A stretch of 64,000 nucleotides of DNA, taken from Somniosus microcephalus. Its lineage: Eukaryota. Position 1 is the first letter of the stretch. Each line of letters starts with the position of its first letter. The position numbers and the translations under genes were made by a program. The notes beneath the pieces were generated by a model. That model saw nothing but the letters and a program-made list of their open reading frames with translations. It was not told the origin of the DNA and did no database searches. Positions 23,515 through 34,984 of this stretch are shown here, one piece after another. The DNA lies in the NCBI GenBank assembly GCA_052327205.1, contig CM126207.1, positions 241,056,001 to 241,120,000 of the forward strand, in the 5' to 3' direction.

Positions 23515-25063
23515 TGTAGGGGGTTTCTCTTGCTCGTTCTGGTCTCCTACCAGGCTTCGTGCAATAATTACCCTTGAGTGGTTCGACCCACTCTCCCCTA
23601 CGGTTCTAGACCTTGGACTTAGGTGCAGGGAACTGTAGTGCAGAGAAAGACTCAATAGACCAGGTTGAATAGCACGAAATGGATGCTTTTATTATTAAAC
23701 AGTTTGCAGCATTATAAAATACATGTCATAAGCACAAATTAAAGCAACTACAAACATGCACATATCTATAAACTTAATTCCACGGAAATGGGAAACACAC
23801 GGCACATCGAAAAAGGGGAAACACATTACGATTACCCTTACCCCCTCCCCTAGACCTAGACTAAGTTTCGACCTGAGGAACTCGGAATCATGCTCACCAC
23901 TTTCAGATTCGCAAAAGAGGGGGTACGCAGCCTTTTGGTACAGCTTTCCGTCGTCACGTGGATTTGGAAACTTCTGGCGCAGCTTGTTTTTCTCTCTCTC
24001 TCAGACGATGAGGCAGTGGACACAGCCTTGATGAGCGCTCGTCATGGTTGAATCCGTTAACAAGCCGTTGAAGAACTGGATACACATGGGAGAATCCGAG
24101 AGTTTCTGGCCGAATGGTATGTCGAGGCCCTGACTGGCTAGGCCCGGAATGTCCTTTTATTTCTCGCTCCAGCCTGGCTCGGCGGTTTTCCAGAGGGTGT
24201 CTTCTCCTTCGGCCTGGGTCGTCGATGATCTCCCGACAAAAGTACCCGGGCCACCCTCCTTTGTCTTCCCGTCGTAGTCGAGCCTTGCCTGGCCGATCTG
24301 GCTTCCCAGCCAAAGTCTTCTCGTCGTCACCGAAGTTACGAATTGTACCGAAGAAGTGAATCGTCCTACGAATGAAGCGTAGCTGTCAAGGTGAAGCGTT
24401 GCCCCCAGTGTGTCTTTACGAGAATCGCCAATCGCCAAGATTCCAATCGCGCCCTGATGGACTTTTCAAATCCCTAGTTATACTCTTTTGGGACAGTCTT
24501 ATCTCCCGCCAGATCATAGTCCAGTCTTTGTAATATTTTTGGCGGGCAGAAATCTCTGCAGGGGCGCTTTGTCTTGTAACGGGAGCCGGTGATAGCTTAA
24601 CTGGCCTTCCTGGCCGATAATGTCTTTTACTTTGTCACCGTAACTCGGTTCGCATATTGATCGGTCTGGAGATTGCCCTTGATGGCTGTTAAACGGTCTT
24701 TCCTTTGTACAGTAAATGGGTTTAAGTGTTCATTCACTTGTCCGCCCATATCTTGATGGGCCCCGTCCTGTTACCTGAAACTGTCTTGTACTTAGAATCC
24801 AATTAATATGTATGCCCAGTTCCCTGAGTTTCGGTTTCCCGATACTGGCTTTCGCGGGCTTACTGTCCTCAATCCACAAGCCTGTCTGGCTTGCAGTAAC
24901 AGAAATCAAATGGTCCCAGAAACTGATCACGAGGTCCGGCGGCCATTTTGTATGCCCCTTTTTATCAAAGGGTTTTCTGTATAAGCTTCTTTTGGTCAAT
25001 AAAGCTGTATTATTAATCCTGTTTTCTTGTGTGATTAGTTAATGAAAATTTTCGAATCTTACA
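23515..25063 (-). mobile_element. Long solo LTR (1549 bp), related to 21110-22633
   Basis: Minus strand reads TGTAAGATTCG...CCCCCTACA. Perfect 4-bp TSD CTAT (23511-23514, 25064-25067). Minus-strand AATAAA at ~23690. Confidence 0.88.
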
Positions 25064-25489
25064 CTATCTTATGTGAATGGGTGAAGAAATAGTTACTTCT
25101 TCTGTGAATGGTGAAACGAATCAATTCTGAAGCAGGCTCTCCCCAAAATGTCCTGTCTTTCTCTCCCCAAATAACTGTCTGAGCAGCCGTCTGTTTTCAA
25201 CATTTTCATTGTTCTTACTTTTTCATTTTGAAGAAATAGCATCACTTCCTTTTAACTAAAAGGAGAATTCGGACTCAATGTTAAACCTTGCGTTGTAAAC
25301 ATTTTGCCAAGAACGACAATTGAGGGAATGCCCTTACAGCGAATAGGAAGAGCATGTTACCTAGTTCCAGCCTTAACATCTACATTGGGTTCTAGCGAGT
25401 CTACAGCACAGAAACAGGCCATTCGGCCCAACTGGTCTATGCTAATCCTTAAATGCATCTATGCTATTTGCCTCAACTACTCCTTGTGG

Positions 25490-26595
25490 TAGGGCTGATA
25501 GGATTGGGGGTAATATATTAGCATGGATTGAGGATTGTTTAATGGACAGAAAACAGAGAGTAGGAATAAACAGGTCATTTTTGGGATGGAAGGGTGTAAC
25601 TAGCAGAGAGCAGCAAGGATCAGTGGTTGGGCCTCAGCTTTTTACAATCTATATCAATGAATTAGCTGAGGGGACCGAGTGTAATATATCCAAGTTTGCT
25701 CACGATACAAAGCTAGGTGGGAAAGTGAGGAGGATGCAAAATGGCTCCAGAGGGAGATGGAGCAGTTAAGTGATTGGGCAAGAAGGTGGCAGATGGAGTA
25801 TAATGTGGAGAAGTGTGAAATTATCCACTTTGGTAGGAAGAATAGGAAAGCAAAATATATATATATTTTTTTAAAAAGGTGAGAGACTGGGAAATGTTGG
25901 TGTTCAGAGGGATTTAGGATCCTTGTATACAAATCACAGAAAGTTAACATGCAGGTACCACAAGCAATTAGGAAGGCAAATGGTATGTTAGCCTTTATTG
26001 CAAGGGGGTTGGAGTCTTGCTGCAATTATACAAGGCCCTGGTGAGACCACACCTGGAGTATTGTGTACAGTTTTGGTCTCCTTACCTAAGGAAAGGTATA
26101 CTTGCCTTAGAGGGGGTGCAATGAAGGTTCACCAGACTGGTTCCTGGGATGAGAGGGCTGTACAACAAGGAGAGATTGAGTGGAATGGGCCTATATTTTC
26201 TGGAGTTTAGAAGAATGAGAGGCGATCTCATTGAAACATATAAAATTATTAGAGGGCTTGATAGGGTAGATGTTGAGAGGCTGTTTCACTTGGCTGGAGA
26301 GTCTAGAATTAGGGTATCCTAGTCTGAGGATAAGGGTCGGCCATTTAGGACTGAGATGAGGAGAAACTGCTTCACTCAAAGGGTTATGAATCTTTGGAAT
26401 TCTCTTCCCCAGAGGGCTGTGAATGCTCAGTCAATGAGTATATTCAAGATTGAAAATGATAGTTTTATGGATACTAAAGGAATCAAGGGATATGGGGGTA
26501 AGGTGGGAAAGGTAGAAGATCAGCCATGATCTTATTGAATGTCATAGCAGGCTTGGGGGGCCGTGCTCTGGCTCCTATTTCTTATGTTCTTATGT
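25490..26595 (+). mobile_element. CR1 LINE fragment nested in another CR1
   Basis: QGSVVGPQLFTIYIN and KFAHDTKLGG, with a TTCTTATG tail. Flanked by minus-strand CR1 pieces (25395-25490 and from 26600). Confidence 0.9.
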
Positions 26596-26599
26596 AGTG

Positions 26600-27370
26600 A
26601 GTGATTCATTCTTACCACTCGTTGGGTAAAGAAGTTTCTCCTGAATTCCTTATTGGATTTATTAGCGACTCATAGAGTCATAGAGTTATACAGCATAGAA
26701 AGAGGCTCTTCAGCCCAATATGTCTGTGGCGGCCATCAAGCCCTGTCTATTCTAATCCTATTTTCCAGCACTTGGTCCATAGCCTTGTATGCTATGGCGT
26801 TTCAAGTGCTCATCTAAATGCTTCTTGAATGTTTTGAGGGTTCCTGCCTCTACCACCCTTTCAGGCAGTGAGTTCCAGATTCCAACCGCCCTCTGGGTGA
26901 AAAAGGTTTCCCTCTAAACCTCCTGCCCCTTACCTTGAAACTATGCCCCCTAATTTATATTTATGACCTCTAGTCTTGGTGTCCACCACAACTGGAAACA
27001 TTTTCTCCATTTTTACCCCATCAAAATCTTTCATTATCTTAAAGACCTCCAACAGGTCACCACTCAGCCTTCTCTTTTCTGGAGAAAAGAGCCCCACCTG
27101 TTCAGTCTTTAATAGTTATAACCTCTCAGTTCTGGTATCATCCTTGTGAATCTTTCTGCACCATCTCCAATAACTCTAAATCCTTTTTATAATATGGGGC
27201 CAGAACTGTGCTCAGCACTCCGCCCGTGGTCAAACCAAGGTTCTATACAAGTTTAACATAACCTCTCTGCTTTTCAATTCTATCAGGTCTAGAAATGAAC
27301 TCCAGTGCTTGGTTTGCTTTTTAAATGACCTAATTAACCTGTGTCATTATCTTTAGAGATTTGTTAAAGA
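26600..27370 (-). mobile_element. Nested CR1 3' fragments
   Basis: A CATAGAGT-tailed piece (~26670-26950) lies inside an older minus-strand CR1. Confidence 0.75.
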
Positions 27371-27775
27371 GGCAAGAGTTGCTAGGGTTGTCAATTCCAA
27401 GTGATTTAATTGAAAACTGAGCAAAAGATACAACTTCATTGTTTTTTTCTTGATTCAATACATCAGATAAGAATTTTGGACAGTTAACCTTATAGTTTTC
27501 CCCTATTAGAAACATAGAAGATGGGAGCAGGAGTAGGCCATTCGGCCCCTCGAGCCTGCTCCGCCATTCAATGAGATCATGGCTGATCATCCAATCTCAG
27601 TACCCTGTCGCTGCCTTCTCCCCATATCCCTTGATCCCTTTAGCCTTAAGAAATATATCTAACTCCTTCTTGAATATATTTAATGATTTGGCCTCCACTG
27701 CCTTCTGTGGTAGAGAAGTCCACAGGCTCACCACTCTCTGGATGAAGAAATTCCTCCTCATCTCTGTCCTAAATG

Positions 27776-27962
27776 AGGAGGAGGCCGCGGTGAAGAGGAG
27801 GACGGAGCGGCTGAGGGACATCGTGCTCCCACTGCCACGGGAAGCCATTGTATTGACTCTGAACGCGGCGCTGTATGTATAGCTGACGCGTCCCTACGGG
27901 GAACAAGCATTCCATTGTACTTGTTACATATGGCAAATAAATCTAATCTGAATCTGAATCTG
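27776..27962 (+). mobile_element. 187-bp 3' end of another non-LTR element with an (AATCTG)n tail
   Basis: TSD AAATG (27771-27775, 27963-27967). ORF end EEEAAVKRRTERLRDIVLPLPREAIVLTLNAALYV*, then AATAAA and a microsatellite tail. Confidence 0.75.
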
Positions 27963-28570
27963 AAATGGCTTACCCCTTATCTGTGACCCCTGGTTCTGGA
28001 CTCTGCCGCCATCGGGAGCATCCTTCCTGCATCTAGTCTGTCTAGTCCTGTTAGAATTTTAAAAGTTTCAATGAGATCCCCTCTCATTCTTCTAAACTCC
28101 AGCGAGTATAAGCCCAATCGACCCAATCTCTCCTCATACGTCATTCCTGCCATCCCAGGTATCAGCCTGGTGAATCTTCGCTGCACTCCCTCCATGACAA
28201 GGACATCATTCCTCCGATAAAGCGACCAAAACTGCACACAATACTCAAGATGTGGTCTCACCAAGGCCCTGTACAACTGCAGCAAGACATCCTTGTTCCT
28301 GTACTTGAACCCTCTCGCTACGAAGGCCAACATACCATTTGCCTTCTTAACCGCCTGCTGCACCTGCATGCTTACCTTCTGCGACTGGTGCACAAGGACA
28401 CCCAGGTCTCGTTGCACTTCCCCTTCTCCCAATCTATTGCCGTTCAGATAATAATCTGCCTTCCTGTTTTTGCCACCAAAGTGGATAACCTCGCATTTAT
28501 CCACATTATACTGCATCTGCCATGCTTCTGCCCAATCACCCAACCTGTCCAAATCATACTGGAGCTTCTC

Positions 28571-28906
28571 GGAAACTCTTTGGTATCCGGCACCGATGGG
28601 ACCGGGATGGTGCCGGTTGATTAAAAATTCCGGATAACGGAGAGGGTTTTCTACCGAGGCTATTTTTAACAAACAAAAATTAAAAAATCAAGAAATTTGC
28701 AGTATACAGTAATTGGACTTCCGACAGCACCAAGAAGCCAAGTAGTGGCAGTTTGGAGAACGACCCCCACTGACTAACTCGGCCACCGCAGGAGACTCGG
28801 ACTCGGCAACATTTCCGGTTATTGAGGTGTTGTTTTCGGAGTATGAATTTTGCCGGTTAATAGAGAATTCCGGATATTTAGTTGCCGTTTAAAAGAGAGT
28901 TTCCTG
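28571..28906. mobile_element. Tigger/pogo-like MITE
   Basis: Left end GGAAACTCT, right end AGAGTTTCCTG followed by TA. Multiple CCGG subterminal motifs. Confidence 0.7.
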
Positions 28907-30459
28907 TATTGTGAATAGCTGGGGTCCTAGGACCGATCCCTGCGGTACCCCACTAGTCACTGCCTGCCACTCGGAAAAAGACCTGTTTATTCCAAATCTT
29001 TGCTTCCTGTCTGCCAACCAGTTCTCTATCCAAGTCAGTACCTTGCCCCCAATCCCATGTGCCTTAACTTTACACGCTAATCTCTTATGCGGGACCTTAT
29101 CGAAAGCCTTCTGAAAGTCCAAATACACCACATCCACTGGTTCTCCCTTATCTATTCTATCAGTTACATCCTCAAAAAATTCCAGTAGATTAGTCAAGCA
29201 TGATTTACCTTTTGTAAATCCATGTTGACTTTGTCCGATCCTGTCACTGCTTTCCAAGTGCTGTGCTATTACATCTTTTATAATGGACTCTAGCATTTTC
29301 CCCACTACCGATGTCAGGCTTACCGGTCTATAATTCCCCGTTTTCTTTCTACCACCTTTTTTGAATAGTGGGGTAACATTAGCTACCCTCCAATCCATGG
29401 GAACTATTCCAGAGTCTAACGAATTTTGGAAGATGACCAGCAATGCATCTACTATTTCTAGGGCCACTTCCTTAAGTACCCTAGGATGTAGATTATCAGG
29501 CCCTGGGGATTTATCGGCCTTCAATGCCGTCAATTTCCCTAACACCATTTCCCTACAAATACTGATTTCTTTCAGTTACTCCCTCTCATTAGACCTATGT
29601 TCCCCGACATCTCTGGGAGGTTATTTGTGTCCTCCTTTGTGAAGACAGAACCAAAGTATGTATTTAATTGGTCTGCCATTTCTTTGTTCCCCATTATAAA
29701 TTCCCCTGATTCTGACTGCAAGGGACCTACGCTTGACTTCACCAATCTTTTTCTCTTCACATATCTATAAAAGCTTTTACAGTCAGTTTTTATGTTCCTT
29801 GCAAGCTTACTCTCATATTCTATTTTCCCCTTCTTAATTAATCCCTTTGTCCTCCTTTGTTGAATCCTAAACTGCTCCCAATCCTCAGGTTTACTGCTTT
29901 TTCTGGCCAATTTATATGTCCTCTCCTTGGATCTTATGCTATCCCTAATTTCCCTTGTTAGCCACAGTTGAGTCAACCTTTTTTGTTTTATTTTTATGCC
30001 ATACAGGGATGAACAAATTCTGTAGTTCATCCATGCGATCTTTGAATGTTTGCCATTGCCTATCCACCGTCAACCCTTTGAGTAACATTCCCCAATCAAT
30101 TCTACCCAACTATGGGGTTGACTATTTTATTCATGCAAACTTAATGAGCATATCTTCCATGAGTACTACACATAAGTAAGGGTAATATCTTTTGTTGGAT
30201 AAAATGAGAGTGAATGACAACAAAACCTGTTCTTTATCGCAGAAAATTATTTCACACAACTGAAGTTGCAACAACACTTAAGTAAACCAAAATTCAACTC
30301 ACTTACTATGCGTTTTCTGTTCGTTATAAGTTGCTCTCTAAAGTCTGTGATTTTGGGAAAAATAAGAAATGTATAGCTTATGTTTAAAAAAAACACACGC
30401 ACCTTTACCAAAAGAATTACAGAATTGGAAACTAACACAAGGACTTCTCTGCAACTGCA

Positions 30460-30630
30460 GGATTATATGACGTCAGCGCCTCCTGGGCGGCCCATCAATC
30501 AAACGATATCCACGAATAGACAGCGACTTCCGGAGAATAATCCACCAATGCCGTCGCAGCGCGGGACCAGCAGGAGGGCGGAAGTGTTAGTGTTTAATGT
30601 TTAATGTAGTGCAGCAGTGGGCAGATTGTA
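30460..30630 (+). promoter_or_regulatory. Probable FANCA promoter and non-coding first exon
   Basis: Local CpG-rich unique patch: CRE TGACGTCA (30468), ETS-type ACTTCCGG (30526) and GCGGAAGTG (30578), CCAAT (30545), E2F-like GCGCGGGA (30559). Candidate donors at 30628, 30662 and 30708. Confidence 0.7.
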
Positions 30631-31074
30631 AGTAATAGCGTTATTACAGCAGTAGGAGAGAGTAAGTTAGTATTATTAACACGTTGTAAGTTTGTACAAT
30701 TACAACGGTGAGTTAGGGTTACCGGAGCAGAGGGTATTACCAATTTAGGTTTAGCAATTCATGCAGCCACAACAGAGAGAGAGAGAGAGAGAGAGAGATA
30801 AATAGCAGCAGCGTGAATTTAAAATAATTATCACCAGAATTGTTTCTAGCAGAGTTAGAGCTATTATTTAATAGTTGAAGTAGAGAGATGTGAGTTAGGG
30901 TTTAATGCAGATACAGTACTGAGAGAGAGTTAGAGGTTAACATTGTTTTACAGTCTGGAAGGAATGATGTAGGCAGCAGGGAATAACATGAAAGGAAGCT
31001 GTTAACTTAAGGTGGTATTTATTTAGATTTGTACATATAGTTGCATATATAGTGCTTTTTGTGTAAAGTACAGA

Positions 31075-31150
31075 ATGTCCAGTGTTGCCTCCGGTGATCG
31101 ATCTTGTTCCCCTGATGCGACTCAGAGAAAGACACTCCCACAATTATTGG
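31075..31150 (+). CDS. FANCA: FANCA coding exon 1 (76 nt)
   Basis: MSSVASGDRSCSPDATQRKTLPQLL, ending phase 1 at GTGAGT. Resembles the human exon 1 end (..RRAWAELL) and is in frame with exon 2. Confidence 0.8.
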
Positions 31151-31399
31151 GTGAGTTCACACTGAATTTATAATTAATATGGTTCTTTATTTTCAAGTTT
31201 GGGGCTGAATTAACGGGACACAATTTTCACCAAACATTGCCTGGTAAACTTTGTTTTGGGGGAGGGGGGTGGTGGTGCAAAAGAGCATATGTCATTTTTG
31301 CTAAAATCACTTTACATTCTACGGTAATATGTATCAACTGATCGAGTATTATATTAAATGTTTGTTTGTAAAGATACAAAACAAACCAGGAACCAACTA

Positions 31400-32090
31400 A
31401 AAGAGTTAGATAAAGTCTGCAATTGAGTAAATTAGTGGCAGATGAAATTATTAGGTACAATAAATGCATCGTACCACACAGTAGAAAAAATAGATGTCAC
31501 AAGCATAGTATGGATGGTGTAGACATTGTTAAAGGTGAAGCAGAAAAGGGATCTTTCTGGGTGTGATAGGAGATTTGGCATTTAAAATGTCATCACTTTG
31601 GGGTAGCAATAAACAAAGCAAAAAGCTTAATTCCATTTTTAGGTCAGTTGTGTACAAGTCTGAAGCTGTCATGCTAAAGATGTGCAATGCTTTGGTCAGA
31701 TCACCTTGAGTATTGTGTTCAGTTTTGGTCACTAAGAAATAAAGAAAACTTTATGGAGACAGTGTAGCTAAGGGCTTCAAAGGATTGAGTTATGAAGAAA
31801 GACTGGAGTAACTGGGACTCTAGCATTGAAAGGAAGCAACTGTGATGAGACTATATATGAGGATAAAAGCTATTGAAAGGTATAGACGAGCTTAATCTGC
31901 GGTGCTAGTTCAAGCTATGCTGGGATAGTGTAATAAGCAGGCATATGTTTAAACTTGTGAAAGGAAAGTTTAGACAGATATCAGGAAGAACTTCTTTACA
32001 TAATGAGTGATCAGCACTTGGCATGGTTTTCCTGGTAGAATAGTAGAGGCAAGAACAGTAGAGTCATTCAAGACTGACAGTTGGGTGAGC
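31400..32090 (+). mobile_element. Old CR1 fragment in FANCA intron 1
   Basis: TGCTTTGGTCAGATCACCTTGAGTATTGTGTTCAGTTTTGGTC. Confidence 0.7.
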
Positions 32091-32958
32091 TAAGGAACCT
32101 CTCTTATCTCTCTCCATCTTGTGATTTGTCCTTCAATATTTTTTGGGTCACAGGCAGAATCAGGTTCCAAACTTTCAGAGGACGTTCTCCTCCTGTCCAA
32201 TGAAACTGTTTAAATTTAGGTATGAAATACATTTCAAGGGGTAGAGCTATTTTATTTGGAAAGTTTAGTTCCTGGAACAGCCTGCCTTGAAATGCCATGA
32301 TGGAATTTGCAGCAAGTTCTTACTGCAGAAATGCTGGCTACTTATTAAAAGTTCTTCACATTTGTAATGTAAGGATATGATAATGTAGTCATGTCACAGG
32401 GATCTTGTCAATCTACCCTCTATATAAACATGGGCAAGACATTTTATCTCGCTCTGTTTAAAGCTACAACCTAAATTTAAACACCGTCAGTACAATCAGA
32501 CAAATAGTTGTTGCCGAAATGACAACTGAAATAAATTACATGAAATAGCTTTCACATATGGTAGACATGGCCCTTCAGTACTGATCATATAAATAATAAA
32601 TTGATAACTGGTAATGCTGTGATGATTTGCTAATGTTGACGGAATTGATGCTGTCTTTTGATAAGTTAAAAAAAAATTCTCATCGTGTTTGTAAATATAT
32701 TTTTTAGAACCAACAATTGAATTGGATTAGAATGTTTGATTAGTATTGATTTGTGGAGCAGTTATGTTTCAATAATAAAAAAGGAATGTGCCCAAAAATG
32801 GGCACTTAACCTGGGATTGATGGGGAATGAAGGGAACAGAGGAAAAATAACTATAGTGTAGTCCTGTCTTGGTGAACATTTTTTGATGGTTTGGAAATTG
32901 CTCTGCGATTTGTTGATGTACAGTAATTAAGGGAGTTCACTATCTTTAATTTCTTCAG

Positions 32959-33068
32959 GTGCAAGAACCCGCAGGCAGCGACAGAGACACCCTTCGGAGC
33001 TTCGGCTGCAGGAGACTGTGATTCAGTTCATGAGGCACCATCAGAACCTTGGTGACCTGCTCCTAGAG
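32959..33068 (+). CDS. FANCA: FANCA exon 2 (110 nt)
   Basis: AG/GT bounded. ..LRLQETVIQFMRHHQNLGDLLLE resembles human [22 protein letters not shown]. Confidence 0.93.
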
Positions 33069-33223
33069 GTAACAGACATGGCTGACTTTCCTAAATTAGT
33101 AGCTTAGTTAAGACTTACAAAGAAGGACAGGGAGGTGAGCAATGTTAGTTCTGAAAAGGTGCATTTCCTATTTTAAGAACAGAAATTTCAGTTAGAGAAA
33201 TAACATCATGATATTCTTTACAG

Positions 33224-33317
33224 GTAAATGGGTCGGCGAGCAGATGTTTATTTAATCGTGGTAAAGTTAACTCTGAGGATCACAATGCTAATACTCCTGC
33301 CAGAGGTTCTTTTATAG
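33224..33317 (+). CDS. FANCA: FANCA exon 3 (94 nt)
   Basis: AG/GT bounded, phase 0 to 1. VNGSASRC...GSFI ends in SFI as in human. Confidence 0.88.
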
Positions 33318-33409
33318 GTAGGTTTATTACATAATTTGCTCATGGAATGTTTTGTGTTTTTAATTCTGCATTAATAATTTCAATCAACATTTTTCCTATG
33401 TCTGTTTTC

Positions 33410-34205
33410 CTGCAACAAGGTGACAGCTCTCCCAATTTTGACACAAGTCCCCAGATGTTTGGGGTACAGTAGCATAGTGGTTATGTTACTGGATTAGTAA
33501 TCCAGAGGTCTGGACTAATTATCTAGAACGTGAGTTCAAATCCCACCACGGCAGCTGGGAAATTTGAATTCAGTTAATTAAATAAATTTGGAATAAAAAG
33601 CTAGTGTCAATAATGGTGACCATGAAACTACCAGATTGTCTGGTCCACTAATGTTCTTTTAGGGAAGGAAACCTGCTGTCCTTACCCGGTCAGGCCTATA
33701 TGTGACTCCAGACCCACAGCATTGTGGTTGACTCTTGACTGCCCTCTGAAATGGCGGCTCACCACCACCTTCTCGAGGGCAATTAGTGGGCAATAAATGC
33801 TGTCCTTGCCTGCGACGTACACATCCCATGAACAAATTAAAAAAAAAATGTTGGTGAGGAGGACTTTGCAGGGTCCACTGGGCTGGGTGTCTCGTTGTCG
33901 TGTCTGAAGTCGGTGCCAAGTCTTCCATCCAGTTTTATTCTTATTATTGTTTTCTGTAGCAGTTTGTTGCAACTGGGTGGCTTGCTAGGCCATTTCAGAG
34001 GGCAGTTAAGAGTCAGCCACATTGTTGTGGGTCTGGAGTCACATATAGGCCAGACCAGGTAAGGACAGCAGATTTCTTTTCCTAAAGGACATTAGTGAAC
34101 TAGATGGGATTTATGGCAATCCGGTAGTTTCATGGTCACCAGCTTTCGTCTCTGGATCATTAGTCGAGGCCTCTGGATTACTAGTCCAGTAACATTACCA
34201 CTATT
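33410..34205 (-). mobile_element. 5' part of a LINE: SINE-like head followed by the endonuclease N-terminus
   Basis: On the minus strand, the head TAGTGGTAATGTTACTGGACTAGTAATCCAGAGG leads to SGPCKVLLTNI|WGLVSKLGELS once the nested SINE is removed. Confidence 0.65.
33460..33848 (+). mobile_element. tRNA-headed SINE with LINE-derived 3' tail
   Basis: A-box-like TAGCATAGTGG, B-box GAGTTCAAATCC, 3' tail matching the LINE end at 53925-54010, poly(A). Flanked by ATGTT. Confidence 0.8.
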
Positions 34206-34841
34206 TATTAGCCAGATAGACCCCACTGCAATTAAACTGTGAATCACTGCAGCAGGAAGTGCTGAACTGTTGCTGCGTAACACTGTGTCGAACAGCCCAG
34301 CTGAGATCAACAATCAGCTGTCTGGGACAAACCCAAGTGAGAATGCCATCCAAGACTAGAATTTAAACCCAGGTCACTAAGAAAACCACACTGGTGAGTG
34401 GACTTAAAAACAGGAGGCTCAAAATTAATGGTTTAGTCCATTTGTTACCTGGTGTCAGAACAATGTGTTCTGTTTCAAGTTTTATAGCAGTATTCGATAT
34501 ACTCAACACTTCTGTAGCTACAAGGGTGACCCCCCCCCCCAGTCTGCTAGCTGCAGCTAAGATCAGGTACTGAATGAAACAGGATTCAAACCTGCATTCA
34601 TCCCTATGCCTTGTCACTGAGCCTTAGGGCATGAGGATTCGAGCCACTGCACAACCCAATTAATTTTACTTTTAGGTAAGGTCGATGATTTGTTGACTAT
34701 CTGCTTTTTGTTATGCTTAAGTAGTTTTAGAAACCATCAGGATGTATTTGTGTCCTATTATATTGGTACATTTTTAAGAAATCTGAAAGATTTATCCAGT
34801 TTTTTCTCATGTACTTACTAGCCAGCATGTATCTTTCCTAG

Positions 34842-34984
34842 CCTCAGTTCTACAAGAGCAGGCTTTGCAGATGGACCTGCCTGTCGGGCTTTTGTCTGCC
34901 AGAGCATCCGTGGAGAAAGTTCATCAAATAATGCGACTTGGGGTTCTGTCCAGGCGTACTGTTACATTGGATTCTGTTCAACGA
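34842..34984 (+). CDS. FANCA: FANCA exon 4 (143 nt)
   Basis: SVLQEQALQMDLPVGLLSA..QR resembles human SALQDQASRLGVPVGILSA..QR. Confidence 0.95.

Larger units (their letters stand above)
27507..30110 (-). mobile_element. Young CR1 LINE (~2.6 kb) carrying two secondary insertions
   Basis: ORFs 27977-28672, 28889-29548 and 29572-30030 are CR1 ORF2 pieces. TAGAAACA tail at 27507. Confidence 0.97.

Noticed and set aside
21110-25063. A single DIRS-like or TIR element with inverted ends
   Set aside because: The arms are too diverged, each has its own flanking duplication, and the spacer is host DNA with an old CR1.
30700-30940. TTAGGG-containing motifs as interstitial telomere
   Set aside because: Only scattered single GAGTTAG(GG) units, not an array.
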